Source of the DNA: Octopus vulgaris
Taxonomy: Eukaryota
NCBI GenBank assembly: GCA_951406725.2
Contig: OX597836.1
Location: 49,910,001-49,974,000, forward strand
Length of the DNA: 64,000 nucleotides
Reading direction: 5' to 3'
Within the stretch, counting starts at the first letter, position 1; each line of letters starts with the position of its first letter. The notes beneath the pieces are model-generated. The model was not told where the DNA came from and made no database searches. It saw only the letters and a list, made by a program, of their open reading frames with translations. The translations under genes and the position numbers were made by a program. This document shows, in pieces, positions 1 to 13,289 of the stretch.

Positions 1-475
1 TCAATGACATGTATTCAGCTGAATAAAATTACTGCTGTTGTTTGTCATCAACAACTTCCAGCAGTGTATATATTGTTTGTATGGATAAACAAGTGTATCT
101 GAAGCATGTTTACTTCATGGTACCACCATAATCGTTTGCCCCCCCCCCTTTCCCACCCACTCCAATTTCTTCATTTAACATTTTTTCAGTAACTCCCTAA
201 CCCTAAAACCAGTACAAACGCATGAACGATGTCATAAATAACAGTGACAGACAATATATACACTGCCGGAAGTTGTTGTTGACAAACAACAGCAGTAATT
301 TAATTCAGCTGAATACACGTCATTGATTGGTTGAAGTTACTGAAATATGACTAACTTTATAAATATAAAGTTTTCTCGAAAACTCTAAGAATAAAAATTG
401 TTTTATATGACACATTCTACTAGTATACTTCGTATACTGGTAGAAAGTGTTCAGTTACGAAAAATTTATTTTCTA
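1..475. mobile_element. Foldback/MITE-like element (left end outside the window)
   Basis: 1-80 is an inverted repeat of about 246-326; internal ccctaaccctaa; similar to the element at 39298-39710. Confidence 0.6.
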
Positions 476-700
476 CATCTGCTGGTCAAAAGGTAAAGAT
501 CCATTATATATGACAGCCTTGGCTCTAATCCCGGTCAGAACTGGGCACAAATGGTTCAGGAACCCAGGTACAGGATCAAATAACACCATGGAGGTCAGGC
601 CTGAAGCTGGAGAAAAAAACAGCCTATACCTTTTTTCTTTCTTTCTATCAATAATTTGGGGAGAGTTAAAAGAAACTGTGCTAACGATGTTAGCACTTAC

Positions 701-784
701 CTGCTTTATAACAGTTTTCATAGTGACTTCTTCTAGGTTGGCACCTTCCAGAATTTTCTTCACGTCTTCATGTAACTCCTCATC
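701..784 (-). CDS. DEK: DEK coding exon 10, first part of DEK_C domain (DEELHEDVKKILEGANLEEVTMKTVIKQ); final exon is outside the window
   Basis: gatcag| and |gtaagt, 84 nt, phase 0 to 0; matches DEK_C DEELKETIKKLLASANLEEVTMKQI. Confidence 0.95.
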
Positions 785-1204
785 CTGATCAAAATGGAAT
801 AGAAGAACCAAATCCAAGTCATTAATCATTAGAATAGTGTCAGGTGCTAGAGAAGGAACAGAAGGCTGTTGTTGAGTTTGAATCACACCTTCCAGAAATG
901 ATGATGATGATGGTAAAAATAATTTGCTTTGACGAGGTAAAGATGGATCAACACTAGTACATTAAAAAAACCCCAAACAACCTCACTTTCTACATCCCAG
1001 TTCTAAAAGGCTACCAAAACTATTGTTTCCATCACACTTTAGCAACAAGCCATATTTTGGACTGGAGGCAATTGCTTCCATTAGAGTATCCTTCTTTGCA
1101 ACACGTATATTTTATTAAATATATTTCTCCAAATTTTTCTTTCTTCCATTTCTAAGCACAACAACAATTCCTCCAGGGCCAAGCTAGAACCTGGTTATAT
1201 TATT

Positions 1205-1575
1205 TACTTTTACTTGTTTCAGTCATTTGACTGTGGCCATGCTGGAGTACCTCTTTCAGTCGAACGAATCGAGTCCAGGACTTATTCTTTGTAAGCCTAG
1301 TGCACATTCTGTCAGTCTCTTTTGCCAAACTGCTAAGTTACGGGAATGTAAACACACCAACAGTGTCAAACAATGGTGGGGAGACAAACATAGAAACACA
1401 AATACATACATATATATATATATATGCGACAGGCTTCTTTTAGTTTCTGTCTACCAAATCCACACACAACGCTTTGGTCGGCCTGAGGCTATAGTAGAAG
1501 ACACTTGCTCAAGATGCCATGCAGTGGGACTGAACACAGAACCATGGTAAACAAGCTTCGTACCACACAGCCATG
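1205..1575 (-). mobile_element. tRNA-derived CORE-type SINE
   Basis: Reverse complement of the family copy at 46608-47013 (gcaagtgtcttctactatag core, tgactgaaacaagtaaaag tail). Confidence 0.75.
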
Positions 1576-2491
1576 CAAAATTAAGAAATCAATGCCCATT
1601 AACTAACATCCTGTAAATATATATAAAAACCTTTACATATAATCAACTAAACTGCATCTTGGCAGGTGAAAATGACATGGCAACAGGTAAAAAATATTAC
1701 ATGCACACTATATACTAACGATCACTGTAATTTATTGGTAATTTTCATCCAAATTCATGCAATACTTTTATACTGGACTGTGTTTCATAAAAAACTCTAG
1801 TTTCTAAAACAATCAAGAAATTTTTTATAGAGAAAGCATTACAGGATGTTAAGGTTTAAAACACAACTGGAGAAAACCAACAGATGCTAATGGCAGCGAT
1901 TTGACAGTCTTCACTTGCTAAACAGTGTTAGTAGCAGGTTAGCCTTTTGTATAAAACTGAGGTTTGATATAATTGCGTTGGCCAAGAGAAGAGATGTATA
2001 GCTCTGACATAGTGGAGATGGCTCAACCCCTGATAAGGCCCAAGGTGAATAGCTGAACCATGATAAAGTGTAAACAGCTTAATGCCAGATCATTTCTTTG
2101 CAGCAGTGACCAAAAGAACCGATGACTAGCCATATAATTATCCTGTTTCTCTCTCTCCAGACTTTGGCTGCCTAAAATCAACCCAAGAGTATGGATGATA
2201 GACAAAAGGATGTAATGAAAGCAAAGAGAGCAGAGAAGCTAATCTAAAAGGTCTCTCTTTAACGAGCCACATTAAGGGGACGTGAGTGAGGGGGGGGGGA
2301 AGAAGAAGCAAGAGTAACTGAACAGCAGGAAATGTTTATTTATGCTGTAGGTAGGGCCATGTGCTAGAGAAGCTTGCTTCCTAATTATGTGGTCTTGAAT
2401 TTAGTCCCACTGTGTGGTACCTGGGGCAAATGCCTTCTATTGTAGTCAACTGAAGCTTTGTGAACGGATTTGGTAGACTGATTGAAACCTG

Positions 2492-2528
<37 letters not shown>

Positions 2529-2733
2529 GCCCACATGATGGTGGTGCACAAACATCCCCATCATGCAAGCAATGTTTGTTTCTAGTCTTCTGTGAAAAAA
2601 AATGCCTGGCCATAGAAGTACTGACCATGAAATCGAACTGCATAAAAGATTTCCTTCCCAGCAAAAAGGAAAAAAAAAAAAGAACCCATGGCTAATAAAG
2701 GTCAAGACAATTGGTTTAAAGAGCAATACTTAC

Positions 2734-2801
2734 CGAAGGAGGTGATTTCTTTTTCTTGATGATGGGTTCATCATCTGAGCTATCAGAAGAAACATCAGAA
2801 A
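2734..2801 (-). CDS. DEK: DEK coding exon 9 (VSDVSSDSSDDEPIIKKKKSPPS)
   Basis: tttcag| and |gtaagt, 68 nt, phase 1 to 0; matches DEK SSDDEPLIKKLKKPPT. Confidence 0.95.
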
Positions 2802-3230
2802 CTGAAACAAATGTTAAAATATTGGATTATTTTTAACTCTGAAGAAACACCCAAAGGAAGTTAGGGGTCGGTTAAATTTAAAATTAACTCTACTTAGAAA
2901 GCTGCAGGTATAGCTGTGTGGTTAAGGACTCTGCTTTCCAACCACATGGTTTCAGGTTCAGTGCCACAGCACATTACCCTGGCCAAGCTGTAGCACATGC
3001 TTGTGTCACCTGGTCTTGACATTGCATGATAGTTCAGAAGTATCACCTTCATATAAAAGGTGGTGTCAATCATTTCCAATATTCTGTGCAAACACTGTGT
3101 GGCCATGGGGAAATGTTAGTTTTCTTGGAAACAGGTAAGGGTAAATGACAGGAAAAACATCTGGCCCTAGAACAATCTGCCTCATACATGCATGTAAAGT
3201 AAAGTTGATGTTAAAATGATGAATAATTAA

Positions 3231-4453
3231 CCCTTTCGTTACTAACCCGGCCGAAAAATATTTTGGTTCATAATACCAATCTGGCCGAGAGAACCTATTG
3301 TTATTTAAATGTAAATTTGAACCCAAATCTCGTTGGTGCATTCGTTAAAACACGTGATTTCACTTTGTAAATAGTTGGGTTATAGTATCCGACATTGCTT
3401 GACGTGATATCTCAACTCAGTGAATTTTGGGAGATTTTTTTCCACATTTTTTTCGGCATTGATTTTTCTTCAACTTTGAAAATGGATATGAGTTTCATGT
3501 TATCAAGCATTGATTCCGAATTTAAAGCTTTTTCAATGGAAAATAGGGAGATATCGAGAAAAAGAATGAATGAGGTACAAAAGCACGTGGTGTACAATAA
3601 TGAATAGGATATTTTTTTATCCGTTAACCGAAAGCAGCGATTCTGAAGAAACAAAGCGGCGATGGCGACAGCAAAGACGATTTTACATCGGAATGAAGTA
3701 AAAATGTTCTTATTAGCAATTTTTCTGAGGAGATAGTTTATCTATAGTCTTTCTTAGGAAGTGAAACCATTAGACTTTATTTTTTTTTCAGTATGCTTGT
3801 TTTAAGCGATCACTTCGGAAACAATTTTACGCAGATTGTAAACAAACACAGAATGGGGGATCAAAGTTTGGAAAATTTGTGAAGCAAATACTGAGTACTG
3901 TTGTGGATTTAGTTTTTATACAGGGAAAATAATGTTAGTCAGCATGGCCTAGGGAACGATGTGGTCTGGAATTTATCACTTCCATACCATAACCAGGGCC
4001 TTATATTATTTTTTGACCGATTTCTTTAGTTCGGTCAAACTTGCGGTGGATTCCAGTATTTCACTTTATTCCACCTTTATGGTACACCTGTTGTGCATTA
4101 AATTCAACTGATGATTTAGTGATGTGTACAATTCTTCTTTATCAAAATTTTGTTGCATACCCATTTGAATATTAGCTGATGATTCATTTTCTATGGTGAT
4201 GTTTAAACAAAATTTTAATATTTTTACCTTTAGCTCAATTTACCTGTAATTAAAGTCACTTTGAGACAAAAGTTATGCAATAGAATTTATTAAGAACCCT
4301 TTCTTTAATTATGTTCCAAATATCACATTAAAATGTTGATAAGTAAAAAAGTTACAGTTATTTAATGAAACAAGCCTAAATTCATGATTATTTTAGAATT
4401 TAATTGAAACTCATGAGGGGTGTATTTTGGTCAGAAATATAGTAACGAAAGGG
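3231..4453 (+). mobile_element. Internally deleted piggyBac transposon
   Basis: TTAA TSDs at 3227-3230 and 4454-4457; TIRs CCCTTTCGTTACT/AGTAACGAAAGGG; transposase remnants WGIKVWKICEANTEYCCGFSFYTGK from 3854 and GLGNDVVWNLSLPYHNQGLILFFDRF (frameshifted). Confidence 0.9.
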
Positions 4454-5827
4454 TTAACAAGTGTCTCATTGAAGATCTGCTGCCTTCACTCTCTCCATTT
4501 TTGGAGAGAGTGCTAAGCATAACTACCAGGTTAACAGATGCAAACAAACCAACATTGGTTATCAAGTGATTGAGAGGACAAGCATGGACACGTACAAGGG
4601 CTTCCATAGTTTCCACCTACCAAATCCACCCACAGGGCATTGGTCAGCCTGGGGCTGTAGTAGAAGACCCTTGCCCAAAGTGCCACAGTAAGACTGAAAA
4701 CCAAACCAGATAGAAGAGAGAACATGCCATAGTGGTTAGGATGCAGTACTCATGAACACTAGAGCGTGGGTTCAATTCCCAGACCTGGCAGTACTTTGTG
4801 TTCTTGAGAAAAACACTCCATTTCATGTTGCTTGGCGACCGTTTCAATATGTGACATGTGGTACGCTCATGCACCTGTACAGGTAAGGTAAGTTGAAGGA
4901 AGGAGCAAGGCAATGTGCAGCACAAACATCTGATTACTGTAAACGAATCATTTGTGCAGAGCCATCTTTCTTGGACGACCATCTATCCATAGGGATTTAA
5001 GACAAGTCTTTTAAAAAAAGGGAGAAAGAAAAACTGAAGGTGCATGGCCTAGTGGGTTAGGGTGTTGCATTCACAAATGCTAGATTGCAAGTTCTATTCT
5101 AGGAGCAGGTGGTACACTATGTTCTTGAGCAAAAAACTTCATTTAATGCTGCTCTGCACACTCACACACCTGTACAAGCAGCATTGATTTGATGGAAGCA
5201 GTGAGCTACTGTGCAGCAGCACACAAACATTGATCGCTATAAGCAAACATTTGTGAAAGTCCTTCAGCAAAAACTAAACAGTCATAATATCATCTTTGAT
5301 GGAAGAAGAGTCCATCAGGTACACATCATGTGCAGGTGATTTTTGTTTTGTATTACACGTGAAGACATTTCAGTCCTCAACAGAATAGGTGTGCAGGAGA
5401 CTATTCTCAGAGCCTGGCCTATGAACATTTGTTATACATCACAGAATGTTCCCTTAAGTTTCATGCAGTTATCTGGGCACACGACACCCAGTTATGGTTG
5501 GTCTTATTGAATAACATAAACAAGTAAAATATCCCTTTGTTCTGTGTGTAAAATACTTAGATCAGCATAGAAATTTCCACCCAGAGACAATCCACAGACA
5601 TGGGCAGTTGATGGGGAGGCCTTGTGTGGTTTGATGATACAACAGAAATAGATTTAATCCATTCGAAACATTGAAGCCATTTCACTTTTATATAAAATAG
5701 ATTTTAAGTAGAGACATTTGCAAACAAAACTCCATGATACACACAAATATATATGATATCTATCCATGCAAACTTATACAAGTTGTCATGATATTATTTT
5801 CATTATTCAATCAACACCAATGCCAAC

Positions 5828-5939
5828 CTTTTCGCTTTTTGGCAACCACTTTCTTTTTGGGGGTTTCCTTCTTTTTCTCTTTCTTCTTTTCTTTCGATGG
5901 CTTCTTCTCTGGTTTAGATTTCTTCTTTTTCTTCACCTC
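5828..5939 (-). CDS. DEK: DEK coding exon 8 (EVKKKKKSKPEKKPSKEKK...VAKKRK)
   Basis: ttgtag| acceptor, weaker donor AAG|gttggc, 112 nt, phase 0 to 1 as required by exon 9. Confidence 0.85.
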
Positions 5940-6145
5940 CTACAAAACAAGAAATACATGGGGTGGGAGAGATATGTTAGTACATGTGGAGAGAAGCGAG
6001 GGAAACAAAAAAAAAAAGAATTATAGCCATGCTTATTGCATAATCAAGAGTTCAATTCCCACCCGCTTTCTCACAGAACTGATTGGCTAACATACAAGGT
6101 GCCCAGATTACAATGGCACTCGTGGCATTTCGATCATTGTGAAAT

Positions 6146-6239
6146 CCCTTCCGCACACAAGCCACCTCCAGCCCCTTCTGCACACAAGCCACCTCCAGCC
6201 CCTTCCGCACACAAGCCACCTCCAGCCCCTTCCGCACAC
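6146..6239. repeat. 27-bp minisatellite, about 3.5 copies (cccttccgcacacaagccacctccagc)
   Basis: Direct tandem units with no spacers. Confidence 0.9.
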
Positions 6240-7320
6240 CTGCAACATCAATGACAATTCCAAATGGTTTCATTGCTCATTGTCATCCCTACCCCTTTTC
6301 AAGTCCAATTTCCCACTCACAGGATGGGATGGAATTAGTCGAGGCAGATTTTCTGGGGTTGGATGCCCTTCTTGTCACCACTTCAAGTAATACTTCCCCA
6401 TGACCTGACATATTTTCAGGGAAATGAAGGACCCAGCTTGTATGACCCTGACATCTGCTAACAACTACCGTACAATGCCAAGGCAAAGAGACACACAAAC
6501 AGGTTTTTCCTTGTTTCTGGTACACTTACAAGGCTTTGGTCAGCATGGAGCTATAGTAGAAGACACTTGACCATAGTGCCATGCAGTGGAACCGAACCTG
6601 AAACTATGTAGTTGGGAAGCATAGTTTTTACCACAGAGCCACACCTACCTTAGGTGTCTTTATTCAGGAATAACCCAACCAATGATCAGAAAAACTGTAA
6701 ATATTAGCAAAAATATTGAATGTGTCAATTTTTCAAAACAATGTGCATGTGACATGCCAAGCAGAGAAGGGCTGCACACCAAATACTGAAATAGATTTAG
6801 GTGCAAGTGTGGCTTCTCAACTATGTGGTCTTGGGTTCAGTCCCACTGCCCAGTATCTTGGGTTTGATCAAAGTCTTTTGAACAATCTGGTAGACAGAAA
6901 CAGAGTGTGTCCGTGTGTCCTTGTCATGTGAGGGTTATAAATAAGCAAGTGTCCTTCACTCCCAATCTTCAGTGGAAAGCATGTCTGTCCATGGGGAAAT
7001 ATTACCTTGCTTTGAAAGTGGTAATGGTTGGTGATAGAAAGGGCAGCCAGCTACAGAAAACCCATTTCAACAAATGCTGTTCGACCCATGTGACACTATA
7101 GGAAAGTGGATGTTAAACGACGAAGATGAGGATGTTTTGTAAAAGCATTCAAAAGACGTATCTCATCAAATGGCCATTCATGACGGTAAAGCAAAAGGAT
7201 TTCCTAGCTTTTAGTAACTCTTGAAAATCAGAGTAGACAGTGAAGCACACAAACTTTTGGTGACCAGATATGCTTGATGGAACTGGAAGAGAATAAGAAT
7301 GGCACAACTACAAAACTTAC

Positions 7321-7511
7321 TTTTACTTCTTCTTCACTTTCTTCTGATTGTTCACTCTCTTCATCTTCTTGTTCCTCTTCCTCCTCCTCCTCCTCCTCGT
7401 CGGAATCAGACTCAGAAGAGTCAGACGACACCACTTTCTTCTTTTGAGAACTAGATGATTTCTTCTTGTTTTTCTTGGGCTTGCTCTTTGACTTGGTTTC
7501 ACCAGATTTCC
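7321..7511 (-). CDS. DEK: DEK coding exon 7 (Lys/Ser-rich then acidic tract)
   Basis: ctgcag| and |gtaagt, 191 nt, phase 1 to 0; frame of ORF 7228..7434 (SDSSESDSDEEEE...). Confidence 0.92.
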
Positions 7512-9227
7512 CTGCAGAAAAAAAGTGATGGATGCCAAAGAGAAGGAAAATGAAGAGAAGGACACAGCCAATGCTTCAAAGTGAATATGAACAATAAAAC
7601 ATTGTAGGATGGACTGTTAACCATTGACAAACAGCTGACCCCAAATCCTCTGAGTTTTTATAATTTCAAACATTCCGTGGAGAACACATTCGGCCATAGG
7701 GAAACAGGTAAGGGTTAGCAACAGGAAGAGTATCCAGCTGTAGAACACTTGCCTCAATTAATTCCATCCATGCAAGTATAGAAAAGGGGATGAGTCTAGA
7801 CACCAATTTAGCCCTTTCATTTTCATACTTCTAACTAAAATATTTTTTTCTGTGTTTTATTTAAATTTGAAACTAATAACTTCATTTATTAATTATACAC
7901 ATAAAAGAATACAGGATGAAGAACCTTCTCAAGTCCAATAGGCTGAAAAGGCTGCTTCCTGGTTGCCATGGTGAATAAATTCTCCACTGGGACAGGATGC
8001 CAGTCCACTGCAGGGTTACTCACTTTTGCCAGCTGAGTAGACTGGAGCAATGTGAAATGAAGTGTTTTGCTCAAGAACACAATGTGTTGCCCGGTCCAGG
8101 AATTGAAACCACAATCTTATGATCATGAGTCCAACACTGAGCCACTAATATGAAAGTGGTGTTTTAAGGACAGTTTCAAAGGTTCTAACAGAAATCTATT
8201 TAGGGTATTTGTCTGAAAACAAATATAGATAAAAATCAATATAGTTATGCCCTGCTTTTGTCTAGTTTATATTCATTTTATCTCCTAGCACCTGTGCTGG
8301 TGCCATGTAAAATGCACCCAGCCCACACTCTGTAAAGTGGCTGGCATTTGGAAGGACATCCAACCCAAAGAGACCATCCCAAAACAGACAATTGGAGGCT
8401 GGTGCAGCTCTCTGCCTACCCACCTCCTGTCAAGCCATCCAACTCATGCCAGCATGGATAATGGATGTTACGAGGATGATAATGATAATATGCAACACTC
8501 ATCAGTATTACCCTTTTTATAGTCCAGCCCCACTGCCAAGCACCTCCCACTATAGTCTCGAGCTGGCCAAAGCCAGAGAGAGAGAGAGAGCGAGCTAGCT
8601 CTTGCCTCCTTGTCACTTTTCCTAGAGGCAATATTGTGTAGCTTGGTGCCCTTTCAGATATTTACCTTATTTCATTTGTCTTGCTTTAAACAGCTGAACA
8701 ATGGGACATAAACATCAACACCCACTTAGTGACAATGAAACAAAACACACACACATACATGATGGGCTTCCATACAGTTTCTGCTATCTAAATTCCACTC
8801 GCAAGGCATTGGTCATCATGAGGCCATAGTAGAAGACACTTGACCAAAGTGCCACACAGTGAAGTTGAACCCAAAACCTCAGGATTCAAAGCAAATTCTT
8901 GCCTGTTAAAATTATTGGAATAAACAAACCAGACCCAAAATAGCTTTGTTAAGGGAATTAACAACTGCATAATGGGCTGCCAAGGTGTGGGCCCCTAATA
9001 CGTAGCAGGGGTGAATTTTTATTGCTCCCTTCATGCCTGGAGGCATAACAAATATAAACAAATGACCTCCGAATTCTTGATTACTTTAAATATCAATTGA
9101 AACACTTTTCATGTTTCATCAAGTATATGATATATGCAAATGTGAGAGAGATGCAAAGATGAGATTAAAGATGGGCAGACAGCAAGAGGACAAAGAATGG
9201 AAAAGGATGGAGAGAGAAAACACTAAC

Positions 9228-9373
9228 GTTTCTTTTTCGGTTTAGGAACACTCTTGCCTGTATCCTTTGGTTTCACAAGGAAGTCCATTATCTTATTGAG
9301 TATTTCATCTTTTGCTCCTCCTCTTTCCAGCCCCAGAATTTCACATATTTTTCTCAGCGATGCCGTAGTGTTC
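9228..9373 (-). CDS. DEK: DEK coding exon 6, SAP domain (LRKICEILGLERGGAKDEILNKIMDFLVKPK)
   Basis: ttccag| and |gttagt, 146 nt, phase 2 to 1; strong similarity to the DEK SAP box LKSICEVLDLERSG...ILNFLMHPK. Confidence 0.95.
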
Positions 9374-12205
9374 CTGGAATGAATAAATAATTGAAAAAAT
9401 CCCTATGATAATGTGTATAACTAGGCAAGGAGAGAGAGAGAGAGATTTCAACACAACAAAACAACTACAAGACTGAAGAAAAGCCAAAGCATAGAGTGAA
9501 AGCATTAGGAAGAAGGCCTCAAATTTGAAGGATGGATATAGTCATCAGCCTCCAACATTCAGCTGGTGCTTATCTCAGGAGAACATTGATGTGACTGGGA
9601 TTTGAACACAGAATGTAACTAACTGCAGCAGGGCATTCTGTCGAACCCTCTCTTGATTCTGCTTATTTTCCACCCTATACAATAAATACTGTAATACTTG
9701 AGAAAAAGTTTGACACTGGATTTTAGGCCAAAAAGTACAGTGATAAAGCCTTATATGCTATGAAGCCCTGAGGGGCATAGAGCGCCAGCAAACAACCCCA
9801 ATGACTTGTGCATCCAGCATCAGTTTTATTGTCTTGTGTTTATTTAATGTAACACATTAACAGGTTATTTCAATTACTCAGAATCTACTGCTGATGCAGT
9901 AACAATGAGAGGCTGTTTCTAGCACAATTCAAGGAGAAGGCAGTAGACATGTACGGAAAACCACACACCCTCACATACCCATTCCCCACATTGGTATGGG
10001 TTGGACAGTTTGACAGGAGCTGACAAACCAAAGGACTGTGCTGAGCTCTGGGTACGGTTTCTACAGTTGGATACCTTTCCTAATGACACCCACTCTAGAG
10101 AGGATACACAGCGCTTTTTCAGTGACACTGGCACCAGTGAAGTCACTAAAGTCATAAAACACCTCAAATGAAGGGGAGGGGTAGTATTGAGGGAGGTGGG
10201 TTTTATGCCAAGTGACAAGCATTAAACATTAAAGTAAAACAACCAGTACCACTGTGCTATTGTATTGTTATGTGTGATCAAGGTCTGAAGATATTTTGTA
10301 CTGATAGCTATTTTAGCAAGCAATACCTGAAGCAAACTACTTCAACCAAGGAGCCACCATGTGGTCACTTGACCCGGTAAAACCAGAAGCCAAATCTCCT
10401 TCAAATTTATCCTGCATTTCACATAAAAATAATTAAAAAACAAAAACAAACAAACAAACAAAAAAAACTGTACCTGGGTCCGCATCACGTGACCTATCAA
10501 AGAGTTGCTTAGAGAAAAGGCAAAATTGCAACAAAAGCTATAACTTCTTTTGGAGATTGTCAAATGCAATCTGAATTAGCTAGTTTCAGAGGAAAGTGGA
10601 CATCTAATGAAGCAGAATAAGGGCTCTCAGGGTACATGATAGGGGTGGTTACGATACATCACCAAGTAAACAATCTACAGTTAGAGTTAGAAAGAAAACA
10701 GCTGATCCTAGTTACTACACAGAAAATGGCAGACGGAGTAAAATAATAGAGACACGAAAAGTTTTAGCAGATATTTTCATCCTGTTTCACAAGAGCCAAA
10801 TATCTATGGCCAGGGGAGATAACAAACCATTTACCGGTTGAATGGTGGCTTAGCGGTTGGGGTATTTGGCTCACATTCATGAGGTTGTGAGTTTGATACG
10901 AGACATTGCACTACATCCTTGGAGCAAGACACTTTATTCCACACTGCTCCAGGCTACTCAGCTGGCATAAACGAGTTGTATTGCAAAGGCTCAGTTCTCT
11001 GTCTTTGCTCAACCATATTAATTTCATGAGAAGGATGTTCTGTTGATTGAGTGCAACACTTGTTCTTCAAATAATAATGCCATTATTATTGTTGTTGAGC
11101 AAGAGAGCAGTGCATGCCATCAAAGTGACACTGGGGTACAAATACACAAAACCCTGTATACCCATCATGACTACTCGTCAGATAAGGGTACACTAGGCCC
11201 ATGCATCACAACCATGTGTACACGACATGGTGATCTCGTATCAAGATAAAAAGCACATGACTTTGCAGGTGGGGCCCAGTTAGAATTTTCTACAGGCTGA
11301 GTAGCCCATCTAGCTCAAAAGGTCCCTGAATAAGGGTTGTTTAAGGAAGTTGAGCGAAACGCCAATGTTTCCAAAGGTGAATTATCCAAACCCCAAAGAA
11401 TTCCTCTCAACACATGGCTATCACCCTGCCCCAACACTCCTGCTCATGATCTGAGATACACACATCGTCAGCCACTAAGAGACGTGTTGAACTGGTTACG
11501 GTCAAACAATTGACAAGCAAATCTGTGGTACTGAGCAGAATATTTACTGAAGCCAATCTTTTATACCAAGACAAAACAATGTACATGATAACACTTCCAA
11601 TCATTTAAGATGAAAAGCTATGAGAGCCACTGCCTGGTTCTGTAACGGCATTTCATTATTATTATTATTATTATTATTACGGTAGTAAGTTGTAAATAAA
11701 GTAGAACCAACAAGTTTGAAATACCATTCAAAATTTTTCTTCACACTTATTTACTTGTCCAAGAATAGTGAAATGGGCAGAAAACCCAAGAGGAAATATG
11801 CAGTATATATTTGCAGGCCTTTACAATTTGAATTTGATTCCAGCTAAAGCCTAAAGCCTACTCTATGGGGATTAAGGATCAATAAAATAATGTACAAGTA
11901 TCAGGGTCAATCTAATCAATGTCTCTGTCTCTCCCAAAATCAAATTCCTGTTCTTGTGTCAATAACTGAATGTTTGTTTACGTGTATGAGATTGGGCGGC
12001 CAAGAGGAACGAAGGGAGGGAGTTTGTGAGTTAGTTCCATGCATTTACGAAACAACTGGCTGTCCTAGAAGCGGTTCATTTGGCACATCAACACAACTAT
12101 GTACAATTTGGTGCCTTAACCCTTGAGGTCTTTGTTTCAAGTAATTCGGAAAATAACAAAGAATTTGTGGGAATGATTACTGTTCTTTATCACTACTCAC
12201 AATAA

Positions 12206-12430
12206 GGTGGTAAGCTGGCAGAATCGTTAGCACACCAGGTGAAATGTATTTTGCCCATTGTGACATTCAGAGTTCAAACTCTGCCAAGGTTGACCTTGCC
12301 TTTCATCCTTTCAGGGTCGATAATTAAGTACCAGTTGTGTACTGGAGTTGATCAAATCAACTGCCCCCCCCTCCTACCCTCCCCGCAAATTTCAGGCCTT
12401 GTGCCAATAGTAGAAAGGATTATTACTACT
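12206..12430 (+). mobile_element. tRNA-derived SINE, second family (gcctttcatcctttcggggtcgat...aagtaccag domain), CpG-decayed
   Basis: tggcagaatcgttag A-box-like and gagttcaaa B-box-like motifs; homologous to 35830-36030 and 57798-58027. Confidence 0.75.
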
Positions 12431-12651
12431 CAGTTATTTCCAGTTGAAAACAAGGCTTCGGAAGGATATTTAAACACTGGTGACTCCTGATCAGCAAGGG
12501 TCACAACTGAAGCAACTAACGACGGATACCATATTCTCGTTCTTAGAAGGCAAAAAGCCTACTTACAGCTAATCATTTCCAGTCTTCTGTATTCAACAAT
12601 CTCACCAGTTCGATAACCGGAATTACAACATTAACAAACTGCCGTCGTTAA

Positions 12652-12852
12652 CCTTCTAGTATTTAAACCGGCCATATCTGGCTCAAATATTCAACCTGTT
12701 TTCTCTTCAAACCAGCCAGATCCAGCCTCTCATACCAATCCTACAATGTTGTTCTAAAAATACGCAACCACATCATCAAAATCTCAAAGTTACGGGGAAA
12801 TGCATGATTAAATAAGCATTACATTTGATAAAATAATCTGAATACTAACGGG
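12652..12852. mobile_element. piggyBac-like MITE, about 200 bp
   Basis: TTAA on both flanks; imperfect TIRs ccttctagtatt/aatactaacggg; related copy at 17539-17760. Confidence 0.65.
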
Positions 12853-13289
12853 TTAAGCTAATGTTTAGAACATAAATAAGAAAATTTTGATGTGACACGT
12901 TTGAATTGAGATCAGTTTTAATGCTTTAGCATTCTGATTACTTAGATCAGAGATCTTCAGTGTTTCGATTATGTGATTCTCTATTTCTGGAATAAAAGCG
13001 TGGGGCAGGGGAAAGAGGCTGGAGCTGGCTAATTTGAGTACAAAACAGAATATTTGGGCTGGAGATGGCTGGTTTAAATGCTAAAGGATTATGAAGCAAG
13101 AGTGACCTCAGGCAGGTTAGCAAGAAAACAGAAGTCATAATAACTAAGAGGAAAACGAAGACCATTTTCCCTGTGTGCAATGAGTATTTGAATGCATTTT
13201 GAACTCATTCTAGTCAGTTGGTTTTCCGCTGTAATATTTATTTTAGCTGATTGTCGTCTCCAGTTAGTTATCAATCATTATGTATATAT

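Noticed and set aside
473-886. 137-aa ORF as a standalone gene
   Set aside because: Only 701-784 is DEK-like and bounded by splice sites; the rest is intron read-through.
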